Below, one piece after another: positions 20,549 to 28,871 of a DNA stretch of 64,000 nt. The notes under the pieces were generated by a model. The model worked only from the letters and a program-made list of their open reading frames with translations. It was not told the origin of the DNA and did no database searches. How positions within the stretch are numbered: the first letter of the stretch is position 1; each line of letters starts with the position of its first letter. The position numbers and the translations under genes were made by a program. Origin of the DNA: Nannocystis bainbridge (GTDB taxonomy: Bacteria; Myxococcota_A; Polyangia; Nannocystales; Nannocystaceae); NCBI RefSeq assembly GCF_028368995.1, contig NZ_JAQNDL010000001.1, forward strand, positions 2,304,001-2,368,000. Direction: 5' to 3'.

Positions 20549-21778
20549 CTACTTGAACGACGACAGCGCCTGCTTGCCGCCGGCCACGAACGCCTCCCAC
20601 TCGGGCGACTTCTCGCCCTTCGGAGCCGCCGCCGGGGTCGCTTCTTCGCCCTTCTTGCGCTTCTTCGGGCCCTCGCCCTCGGCCGCGGTCGCGTGCCAGA
20701 ACTTGTTGAGGATCGACACGTCCTCGGGCACGCGGCGGACCAGCGAGCCGACCAGCGAGCGGGCCAGCGTCCCCGGCTGCAGCGCCTTGTCGCCGAAGAA
20801 GTTGCTGTGCAGCAGCGCGTCCTCGAGCACCCCGATCTGCTCGGCCGTCGACAGCGCCGACTCGAGCCGCTGGTCCTCCGCCGTGGTGTTGGCGGTCGCC
20901 TCGCGCAGGTCGGCGAACGTCTGCAGCAGGATGTCGAGCATCGTCGGCGGCACGTCGACCGTGATCGTGTGGCGCGCCATCAGCTCGCGCGTCCGGAACA
21001 GCACGATCTCCTTCTCCGACTTCTTGTTGGTGACGATCGGGATCGTCACGAAGTTGAAGCGCCGCTTGAGCGCCGTCGACAGCTCGTTGACCCCGCGGTC
21101 GCGGCTGTTGGCGGTGGCGATCATGTTGAAGCCCGGCTTGGCGTAGACCACGCCCTCGTCGCCGCGCAGCTCGGGGATCGTGATGTACTTCTCCGACAGG
21201 ATCGAGATCAGCGCGTCCTGCACGTCGGAGCCGCAGCGGGTCAGCTCCTCGAACCGGCCCATCTCACCGAGCTGCATCGCAGTCATGATCGGCGACGGGA
21301 TCATCGACTCGCGCGACTGACCGCTGGCGATCACCATCGCCACGTTCCACGAGTACTTGATGTGGTCCTCGGTGGTGCCCGCCGTGCCCTGGACCACGTG
21401 CGTCGAGTTGCCCGACGTCGCCGCCGCCAGCAGCTCGGCCAGCCAGCTCTTGCCGGTGCCCGGGTCGCCGATCAGCAACAGGCCGCGGTCCGACGCCAGC
21501 GTCACGATCGCCCGCTCGACCAGCGACGCGTCGCCGAAGAACTTCTGCGCGATCGGCCGGTCGAAGCTGTCCCCGGGGCCAGCCCCGAGGATGAACGTGC
21601 GGATCATCCGGGGCGACAGGCGCCACGCGAACGGCCGCGGGTCCTTGTCGACGCTCGCCAGGTACGTCAGCTCGGCCGCGTACTTCTCCTCGGCCGGCAG
21701 GCGCAGCTTGGTCTCGCTGGTGGCCGGCGCGGGCGCGGGCGCGGAATCCGTCGGGGGGGTAGCAATCTTCTTCGCCAT
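20549..21778 (-). CDS. MoxR-family AAA+ ATPase (YehL-like)
   Basis: GDPGTGKS Walker A, FEELTRC, ATANSRDRGVNELSTALKRRFNF. Confidence 0.9.
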   Translation of the reverse strand: MAKKIATPPTDSAPAPAPATSETKLRLPAEEKYAAELTYLASVDKDPRPFAWRLSPRMIRTFILGAGPGDSFDRPIAQKFFGDASLVERAIVTLASDRGLLLIGDPGTGKSWLAELLAAATSGNSTHVVQGTAGTTEDHIKYSWNVAMVIASGQSRESMIPSPIMTAMQLGEMGRFEELTRCGSDVQDALISILSEKYITIPELRGDEGVVYAKPGFNMIATANSRDRGVNELSTALKRRFNFVTIPIVTNKKSEKEIVLFRTRELMARHTITVDVPPTMLDILLQTFADLREATANTTAEDQRLESALSTAEQIGVLEDALLHSNFFGDKALQPGTLARSLVGSLVRRVPEDVSILNKFWHATAAEGEGPKKRKKGEEATPAAAPKGEKSPEWEAFVAGGKQALSSFK

Positions 21779-21783
21779 GGCGA

Positions 21784-23202
21784 CTACATCACCTTTTTGA
21801 TCTGCTCGATCAGCTTCTTGGGGCTGCCGCTGAGGATCGGTGCGCCGATCTCCTTGAACTTCGCCGCGTATTCGGGGTTGACCGAGAAGTACCCGGTCGT
21901 GTGCAGCGACCCGACCGGGATCAGGTGGCAGCCCGACTCCTTCCACTGGCGCAGCACCGAGAAGAAGTCGCTCCAGTCGTAGAAGTCGGAGATCACGACC
22001 ACCGCGGTGTTCTGCGGCGAGTCGATGCACGGCGCCGCCAGGTCGAGCGCCAGCCGCATGTCGTTGCCGCCGCCGAGCTTGGTGCGCAGCAGCGTCTCGA
22101 CCGGGTCGTGCACGAACGGCGTCAGGTCGATGACGCGGGTGTCGAACGCGAACAGGTGCACGATCACCTTCGGCAGCGTGGCGAAGATCGACGCCAGAAT
22201 GGTCGTCTGCACCATCGCCGAGGTCATCGAGCCCGACTGGTCGACGATGATGATGAGCCGCGTCGGCAGGCTCTTCTTGCCGGTGCGGCGGTAGAACAGG
22301 CGGTCGACGTACAGCCGGCGCTCGTTCGGATCCCAGTTGGTCAGGTTCTTCCAGATCGTCCGCTTCATGTCGAGGTTGCGGAAGATCCGGCGCGGCGGCA
22401 CCCGGTTGTCGCTGACCCGCGACGTCACCTGGCGCATCTGCAGCTTCAGCACCTTCGACAGCTCGTCGACGTAGCGCGCGATCAGCTTCTTGGCGTTCTG
22501 CAGCGCCGGCCCGCTGAGGTTGCCCTTGTCCCACAGGATCTGCTCGAGCAGCGCCATCGACGGCGTCAGCCGCTCGCTCAGCACCGGGTCCTTGAGGACC
22601 TCGCGCAGGTCCATGCGGTGGATCATGTCGGCCTCGAGCACCGCCAGCCCGGCCTTGAGCTCGTCGTCGCCGATCGGCGGCCGCGTCGCCTCGCCGCCGC
22701 CGCCCGACGGCGGACCCGCGCCGTGCGAGCCGTGCCCGCCGCCGCTCTGCCGCAGCGACCCGGGCGGCAGCCCGAGCGCGCCCTCGAGCCACTCGACGTC
22801 GCGGGCCCACGCCCCGTACTGCTGCGCCGTCACCGTGCCCTGGGTGTTGGGCCCGAACGCGTTGAGCAGCAGCTTTGAGACGACCAGCGCCCGCTGCACC
22901 GTGCCCTTCAGATCGGTCGGGCTCTCGTCCGGTTGCGGCGCCTCACCCTCGGGTGTCGGCGGGGCGAACCCGGGCAGCGGCCGCGAGAACTCCGGCTTGA
23001 GCTTGGGGAACCGGTGCACCAGCACGTCGACCGTCACCTTGGGGTCGAGCAGCTCGGCCGGCAGGTCGGTCGTCTTCGCCAGCTCGCGCGCCAGCGACTC
23101 GAGGTTCGGCGCCGCGTCGCCCTGCTCGAACAGGGCCGACATCAACCGCCAGTAGAGCCCCTGACGGGCCCGCTGCATCAGCTCGGGATCGGCGGCGGTC
23201 AT
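21784..23202 (-). CDS. VWA (CoxE/YehP-like) domain protein
   Basis: MIDAS DQSGSM, GGND, ISDFY. Confidence 0.88.
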   Translation of the reverse strand: MTAADPELMQRARQGLYWRLMSALFEQGDAAPNLESLARELAKTTDLPAELLDPKVTVDVLVHRFPKLKPEFSRPLPGFAPPTPEGEAPQPDESPTDLKGTVQRALVVSKLLLNAFGPNTQGTVTAQQYGAWARDVEWLEGALGLPPGSLRQSGGGHGSHGAGPPSGGGGEATRPPIGDDELKAGLAVLEADMIHRMDLREVLKDPVLSERLTPSMALLEQILWDKGNLSGPALQNAKKLIARYVDELSKVLKLQMRQVTSRVSDNRVPPRRIFRNLDMKRTIWKNLTNWDPNERRLYVDRLFYRRTGKKSLPTRLIIIVDQSGSMTSAMVQTTILASIFATLPKVIVHLFAFDTRVIDLTPFVHDPVETLLRTKLGGGNDMRLALDLAAPCIDSPQNTAVVVISDFYDWSDFFSVLRQWKESGCHLIPVGSLHTTGYFSVNPEYAAKFKEIGAPILSGSPKKLIEQIKKVM

Positions 23203-23204
23203 CG

Positions 23205-24593
23205 TCAGCTCTTCTTGCGCAGCAGCTTGCCGGCGCGCTCTTTGAGGGTCGCGAGGTTGCCGCCCTTGGCCTTGCCGCGGGCCGACTGCAGCCCGGTGCC
23301 GATCATCCGCGGCAGCGGCTTGCCCTTGTCGATCATCACCGGCTGCAGCGCCCAGCGCCCGCCGTCGAACCGCAGCAGCGCCACCAGGCCCTTGCTGCCC
23401 GTCAGGTCGGCGAACTGGAGGTCGTCGCTGCTCGGCCAGCGCTCGAACGCGACCGGGAACATCTGCCCGCCGAGCGACAGCTCGCGCGCCTCCTTGCCGG
23501 CGGCCGCGTAGGCGTCACCCGGCAGCCACACCAGCTCCTCGATGACGGCCGGGTGGCGATCCTCGGGCCGCGCGCTCGGCCGCAGCGGCGTCGGCGAGGT
23601 CAGCACCGCGGCTGCCTCTTCGGCCAGCTTCAGCTTGGCCGGCAGCACCTCGGCGCGCGCCTCTTGCCACACCAGGTCGCCGGTCGCGTGCAGCAGCATG
23701 CCGACGATCTTCACGCCCTGCCCGCCCGCGATCGCCTCGAGCAGCTTGCCGCCGACCTCGTTCAGCAGGCCGGCGATGTCGTCGCCCTGCAGCACGTCGA
23801 CCTTGAACGCCGACACCTGCGTCCGCACCACCCGCGCCGGCTTGCCCGGCTCGTGCAGCGCGCCGAAGGCCACCAGCGAGACGACGTGATCGTGCTGCCG
23901 CAGGTCGGTGGCGAACACCCGCAGCTCGCCCTTGACCTCGCGCGTGGCCGCCGGCGCCGGCGGAGCCAGCGACAGCACCATCGCGCGCGCCCACAGATCG
24001 ACCCACCGCAGCCGCGGCACCTCGGGCTTGCCGTGGGCCGGGAACACCGTGAGCAGCTCGTCGAGGAACCCGCTCAGCAGCGCCGCGTGGCGCACCAGCG
24101 CCGGCTCGGCCATGATCGCGTCGAGCGTGGCCTGGAACGGCAACAGCGCCCCGACCTCGAGGTTGGCGAACCCGGCGATCGCCAGCTCCATCAACCACTG
24201 CCGCACGCTCTCGAGCAGCACCGCCGCCCGCGGCGGCGCGGCCTGCCCCGGGGTAGCCGCCAGCGCCTCGAGCTCGGGCCGCGGCCGCGACAGCGCCGCG
24301 CTCGCCTGGGCCACCAGCGCGTCGTGCATCGCCCCGTGCGCGGCCGCCCGCGCCGCCGCGATCACTGCGAAGTGACGGTCGACGAACTCCGAGCGCCCGA
24401 GCCCGGCGATCGCCGCGTCGAGCGGCTCGGCCAGCGGCGTGCCGGCGAAGCTCGCCGCCAGCGAAGCGAGGGTCTGCAGGTTGGCGCTCGAGAGCCGACC
24501 GAACCCGGACTCGAACACCTCGTCGAGGTGCCCGATCAGCTCGGCCGTGTGCACCACGGGCTCGGGGACACTGCGAAGATCGAGGATGGGCAT
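23205..24593 (-). CDS. hypothetical protein of the Yeh-like operon
   Basis: ATG at 24593 overlaps the upstream stop; host-like codon usage; operonic position. Confidence 0.7.
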   Translation of the reverse strand: MPILDLRSVPEPVVHTAELIGHLDEVFESGFGRLSSANLQTLASLAASFAGTPLAEPLDAAIAGLGRSEFVDRHFAVIAAARAAAHGAMHDALVAQASAALSRPRPELEALAATPGQAAPPRAAVLLESVRQWLMELAIAGFANLEVGALLPFQATLDAIMAEPALVRHAALLSGFLDELLTVFPAHGKPEVPRLRWVDLWARAMVLSLAPPAPAATREVKGELRVFATDLRQHDHVVSLVAFGALHEPGKPARVVRTQVSAFKVDVLQGDDIAGLLNEVGGKLLEAIAGGQGVKIVGMLLHATGDLVWQEARAEVLPAKLKLAEEAAAVLTSPTPLRPSARPEDRHPAVIEELVWLPGDAYAAAGKEARELSLGGQMFPVAFERWPSSDDLQFADLTGSKGLVALLRFDGGRWALQPVMIDKGKPLPRMIGTGLQSARGKAKGGNLATLKERAGKLLRKKS

Positions 24594-25075
24594 CAGCGCA
24601 CGAACCAGACCATGTCGGGCAGCGGCGCGCCGGTCGGGGCGACGCTGACGTACTGCAGATAGGTGAGGAAGCGGCTGAACACCATCCCGGCCTCGACCTT
24701 GTGCGGCCCGCCCTTGATGAAGCGCAGCAGCTCGCCGCCGGTCTTGATCTTGTCGGGCTCGGCCTGCTGCAGCCCGAGGTAGGCGATCACCCGCGCCGGC
24801 CCGTACTGCAGCACGCCCTCGTTGAGCAGCTCGACCAGGTGCTTGCACGGCGAGCCGCGCAAGCCGCCGCACGGCCGGTTGTTGTTGGTGCTGCAATAGA
24901 AGTTGCCGGTCCCGGCCTCGAAGTACGAGACGTACACCCGCTCGTCGTCCGATCCGCTCGAGACCACCCCCTGCAGGCGGCCGGCGTAAAGCTCGACGAA
25001 CGGGACCTTCTGGACCTTGCGCGCACGCGGCAGCACGCGGGGGCGAATCACGGAGCGGGGGGACGCAGCAGACAC
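24593..25075 (-). CDS. small SWIM-type zinc finger protein
   Basis: QGVVSSGSD..RVY, YCSTNNNRPCGGLRGSPCKHL; start approximate (25051-25114). Confidence 0.7.
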   Translation of the reverse strand: MSAASPRSVIRPRVLPRARKVQKVPFVELYAGRLQGVVSSGSDDERVYVSYFEAGTGNFYCSTNNNRPCGGLRGSPCKHLVELLNEGVLQYGPARVIAYLGLQQAEPDKIKTGGELLRFIKGGPHKVEAGMVFSRFLTYLQYVSVAPTGAPLPDMVWFVR

Positions 25076-25217
25076 GCGAGCCGGACCATACAACGATCGC
25101 AGCGAGCGCCGCAACGCCGACGATCGCTCCCCGACTGGCAGTTGCTGACACCGAGCGTCACGACGAGGTCACGCTCCAATCCGCGCCGCACCTGCACCGC
25201 CGGCGCCTCACCTGGCC

Positions 25218-25690
25218 AAAAGTTCATGCCGGTGGATGCCCCTGATTTAAATAGGCGGAGCTCCAGAGTGTAGCCTACCCTGGAGCCCCTGGGGACCGCG
25301 AGCCTGGGTGCCACCGGCACTTGCGCCCACGGGGTCGGATTTCGAGGCTCACGGCCTTTTCCAGCCCTTAGATTTGAAGACCCGCGTCTTGACGTTGGAC
25401 CACCGGCACATACGATTGGCGTGCCAGGCCGGAATCTAACCGGCATCTCGGATCGGGGTGTGGCTGGGCGTCGAGAGAGCTTCGTCCGACCTGTCTTGAG
25501 ATTGGGAGAGAACTTGAGCTTGATGCCAGCGAACCGCCCTCACCGGCAGGTGAAGGTGCGTCTACCGTTTCGCCACCCCGACGCGCGTGCAGATGTCGGG
25601 GGAAGGACTCGAACCTTCATGGTTTCGCTCGTGTGGCGTTCAGATTGAACTTCAGCTTGAGCTTGTCTCCCTGACGGGAATTCTTGGGCC
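25218..25690 (-). ncRNA. putative large structured ncRNA with two circularly permuted tRNA-like modules
   Basis: Non-coding, lower GC than the flanks; T arms at 25602-25618 and 25428-25444, each followed by a loop-closed 7-bp acceptor-like stem and a D arm; nested enclosing helices; ends are estimates. Confidence 0.8.
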
Positions 25691-25692
25691 TC

Positions 25693-26454
25693 CTACTTCT
25701 TGACCGGGCCCTCGGCCTGGGTGCCCTCGAAGATGAAGTCGAGGATCCGGCGTCCGGCACCGACCTCTGTGGCGTCGATCGTGTTGGCGCGCTCGCGGGC
25801 GAACTTGACCGCCTCGTGGAGCTTGGTGATGCGCTCGAGCAGCGCCTTCTTGCGCGGGCGAGGGATCGCGCCGCTGCGCTTGATCGTGGTCCAGTGACCG
25901 ACGACCACGTCCTCGGTGATGAGCTGCGTCTGCGCCGGGTGGTGCTCGGTCGCGTGGTACAGCACGATCGGCCGCTGCTCCTTGCGGGTCTTCTGCGTCT
26001 GCACCGGGTCGCTCTGGTGCAGCCCGGTGCCGGCGTCGTACGACCAGCGCTCGGCCGGGTCGAGCTCGACCATCTTCTCGATGAAGGTCTGCAGGTCGTG
26101 CAGCTCCTTCTCGAGGAACAGCAGGTAGGTCACCGGCACCTGCGGCAGGAACACCTTGCCGTCGACCACCACGTCGGCCCGCGCCTCGCAGTTCGACCAG
26201 TCCTTGGTGGCGACCGTGTCGAGCAGCGACACCAGCGCCCCGCCGATGTCCTTGATCGCCGCCTCATAGGTCAGCTGCACCACCTGCGAGTCGTCGGGGA
26301 AGGTCTCGCCGTCCTCGCGCCGCGGGGTGAATTTCTTGTGGTGGCCCGTCATCAGCGACGGCTGCTGCGTCGACTTGTGGAGGCTGGTGATGAGCGTGTG
26401 GAGCTCGGTCCGGCGGCCCTTCTCGACCGCGAGGATGGCATTGAGCTTGGGCAT
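25693..26454 (-). CDS. DUF7873-like conserved protein (253 aa)
   Basis: GGAGG RBS; KLNAILAVEKG, TKDWSNCEARADVVVDG, PVTYLLFLEK, HPAQ, SGA, AVKFARERAN. Family name recalled from memory; verify. Confidence 0.8.
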   Translation of the reverse strand: MPKLNAILAVEKGRRTELHTLITSLHKSTQQPSLMTGHHKKFTPRREDGETFPDDSQVVQLTYEAAIKDIGGALVSLLDTVATKDWSNCEARADVVVDGKVFLPQVPVTYLLFLEKELHDLQTFIEKMVELDPAERWSYDAGTGLHQSDPVQTQKTRKEQRPIVLYHATEHHPAQTQLITEDVVVGHWTTIKRSGAIPRPRKKALLERITKLHEAVKFARERANTIDATEVGAGRRILDFIFEGTQAEGPVKK

Positions 26455-26551
26455 GGGCCCCTCCGATGGGTGGGCGACGAGGCTATCGGCCGGGCAGCCC
26501 CAGTCAAGGCCGCAGGTTGCGTTCGCCGCCGCGCGCGGAATACTCTCGCGC

Positions 26552-28138
26552 GTGCCCTCCGACCGCGCGCCGACGCTCCGCCTGCTGGCCGCCGCCAGCA
26601 CCGGCGCCCTCCTGGCCGCCTCGTTCCGCCCGCACGGTCTGCCCGCGCTGGCGTGGCTCGCCGTCGCACCACTATGGGTCGCCGCCCGCGGAGCGCCCGA
26701 CTGGCGCGCGGGCCTGCGCCTCGGCCTCGTCGCCGGCCTCGTGACCGGCGCGATCGGCTACCCGTGGATGATCGATCTCTTTCACACCTTCGGCGAGCTC
26801 GATCTGTGGCTGAGCATCCCGCTGTTCGGGGTGTTCGCGGCGTGGACGGCGGCGCCGCTGGCGGCGTGGGCGGCGATGGTGTCCGCATGGACAGGTCCTT
26901 CAAGACATGTCCCATGGGTCATGTCGATGGCCCTGCCCGGGCTGTGGTGGTCGTGGCCGATGGTGTTCCCGTTCACGCTGGCGATGGGCCTGGCGTTCCG
27001 ACCGGCGTGGATCCAGGCGGCCGAGCTCGGCGGAGTGGCGCTGGTCGAGGTGCCGATGCTGGTGTGCGGGGCGCTGCTCGGCGAGGCCTGGCGCGCCCGC
27101 GGAGCCGCGCGGCTGCGCCTGGCCGCGGTCGCGCTGGTCCTGCCGCTCGCCAGCTTCGCGCTCGGCAGCTGGCGAATGGCCGCGCTGGCCGGCGAGACGG
27201 TCCGCACCGTCGCCGTCGGCTTGGTCCAGCCCAACATCCCGCTGCTGTGGTCCGACCGCCCGGCCAAGCTCGAGCGCCTGCGCGAGCCGTCAGCCCGCGC
27301 CGAGGCCGAGGGCGCCGCGCTGGTGGTGTGGCCGGAGAACATGTTCCCGTGGACGCTGAACCGCCCGTTCGAGCGCGACTTCAGCGACGACGACCGGGTG
27401 CTGCGCCGCCACGCGCTGCCGACGGTGTTCGGGGCCGGCACCGCCGCCGACAGCGATCCGTACGGCTACAACTCGGTGATCCACATGGCCGCCGACGGCC
27501 GCGTGCTGGGCCGCTACGACAAGATCTTCCTGGTGCCTCTGGGCGAAGAAATCCCGCTGGTCGACCCGGAGTGGGCCAAGGGCCTGGTGCCGGGCATGGC
27601 CCACAACTTCCGCGGCGAGGGCCCGGGGCGCCTGGTGGTCCAGCCGGGGGCCGCCGGCAGCGAGGCGCCGCCGCTCACGCTCGGCCCGCTGGTCTGCTAC
27701 GAGGACGTGCTGCCCACCTACGCGCGCGCCGTCGCCGGCCAGCCCGGCGGCATCGAGGCGTTCGTCAACCTCACCAACGACACGTGGTTCGGCGCGACGG
27801 CAGAGCCGCGGCAACACCTGGCGCTGTCGCAGTTCCGCGCGGTCGAGCACCGGATCCCGCTGCTGCGCGCGGTCAACTCGGGCCCGAGCTCGCTGGTCGA
27901 CCGCACCGGCCAGGTGGTCGCCTCGACCGACGTGCGCGCCGTCAGCGTCGACGCGCCGGTGCCACCCGAGCACCTGGTGGTCCAGCTCGAGCTCGGCCGC
28001 GACACCGCCTCGGCGCCGACGATCTACGCGCGCTTCGGCTGGCTGTTCGGACATGTCTGCCAGGCCAGCGTTGTGGTCGTCCTGGCGCTACTGTGGCGCC
28101 GCCGCAAGCTCAGCGCCACGGCGCGCCCTCGGACGTGA
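26552..28138 (+). CDS. lnt: apolipoprotein N-acyltransferase
   Basis: VQPNI, VVWPE, YDK..LVP.GE, LVCYED, TNDTWFG, FRAVE, RAVNSG. Confidence 0.92.
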   Translation: MPSDRAPTLRLLAAASTGALLAASFRPHGLPALAWLAVAPLWVAARGAPDWRAGLRLGLVAGLVTGAIGYPWMIDLFHTFGELDLWLSIPLFGVFAAWTAAPLAAWAAMVSAWTGPSRHVPWVMSMALPGLWWSWPMVFPFTLAMGLAFRPAWIQAAELGGVALVEVPMLVCGALLGEAWRARGAARLRLAAVALVLPLASFALGSWRMAALAGETVRTVAVGLVQPNIPLLWSDRPAKLERLREPSARAEAEGAALVVWPENMFPWTLNRPFERDFSDDDRVLRRHALPTVFGAGTAADSDPYGYNSVIHMAADGRVLGRYDKIFLVPLGEEIPLVDPEWAKGLVPGMAHNFRGEGPGRLVVQPGAAGSEAPPLTLGPLVCYEDVLPTYARAVAGQPGGIEAFVNLTNDTWFGATAEPRQHLALSQFRAVEHRIPLLRAVNSGPSSLVDRTGQVVASTDVRAVSVDAPVPPEHLVVQLELGRDTASAPTIYARFGWLFGHVCQASVVVVLALLWRRRKLSATARPRT

Positions 28139-28568
28139 TGAGCGACAGCGGATGCACCGGCAGGCCGCGCTCGACCGCGGCGAACAGCTCCTCGACCTCT
28201 TCCCCGCGCAGCGGCAGCGCCCGCAGCTCGGCCAGCGTGACCCACCGCGCCTCGAGCGAGTGCTCGTCGGCGTGCGACTTGGGCGGGCGATCGTCGACGG
28301 GCTCGGCGGTGAAGAACACCCGCACCCGCGTCATCTCGGCGTGGGCCGTGTGCTCGATCCGCAGCACGCCCGTCAGCGCGACGGGGATGCCCGTCTCCTC
28401 GAGCACCTCGCGGGCCGCGCCTTCGAGCAGCGCCTCTCCCTGCTCGACGCGCCCCGCGGGCAGGTACCAGAGCTGACCGTGCTTGACCTCGTGGACGACC
28501 AGGAACCGGTCGGCGCGGCGGACCACCACGAGGGCGAAGTAGTACGAGGGGACAGCGGGGCGCGGCAT
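28110..28568 (-). CDS. NUDIX hydrolase
   Basis: Nudix box GRVEQGEALLEGAAREVLEETG. Confidence 0.9.
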   Translation of the reverse strand: MPRPAVPSYYFALVVVRRADRFLVVHEVKHGQLWYLPAGRVEQGEALLEGAAREVLEETGIPVALTGVLRIEHTAHAEMTRVRVFFTAEPVDDRPPKSHADEHSLEARWVTLAELRALPLRGEEVEELFAAVERGLPVHPLSLITSEGAPWR

Positions 28569-28779
28569 GTCGCGGCCGAGAGTACGACCGGCCGCCGCGC
28601 CGGCGCCAGAGCACGCGACCGCGGGCGGCCGATCGGGCCGCCAGTGCCTCCTGCGCCGCCGCAGGCGCGCGCCGACTCGCGCCGCGCACACCCCGTGAGC
28701 AGCGCTCGCACCCGTGTCGTCGCCAGACCTCGGAGCGAGGCCTGCGAACGCGCTCGCCTCGCTGCCGACCCCTGTCTAT

Positions 28780-28857
28780 GACCTGCCTTCAAGAACATGC
28801 CCTTCACGACATGCCCCCATGAACATGCCCTTCATGACATGTCCTCGACGACATACC
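28780..28857. repeat. six-unit 14-bp-period GACATGYC array
   Basis: Cores at 28780, 28794, 28808, 28822, 28836, 28850. Confidence 0.85.
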
Positions 28858-28871
28858 GGATGATCACCGCG

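Noticed and set aside
25386-25618. Reading the tRNA-like pieces as ordinary tRNA genes, or as one tRNA with a large intron
   Set aside because: The order is T arm before D arm and there is no anticodon loop. The acceptor 5' strand of module 1 (GTCGGGG) does not pair with the 3' strand of module 2 (CTGGCAC), while each pairs within its own module.
25048-25648. Short ORFs 25048-25446 (-) and 25421-25648 (+)
   Set aside because: Their codon usage is atypical and they have no motifs; the region is better explained as structured RNA.
25218-25690. Calling the RNA a standard tmRNA or YrlA
   Set aside because: There is no alanine-type GGGG acceptor with a G3-U70 pair and no recognisable tag ORF. 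There are two modules, and no Ro60/TROVE or smpB gene in the window. This is not fully excluded without an Rfam search.
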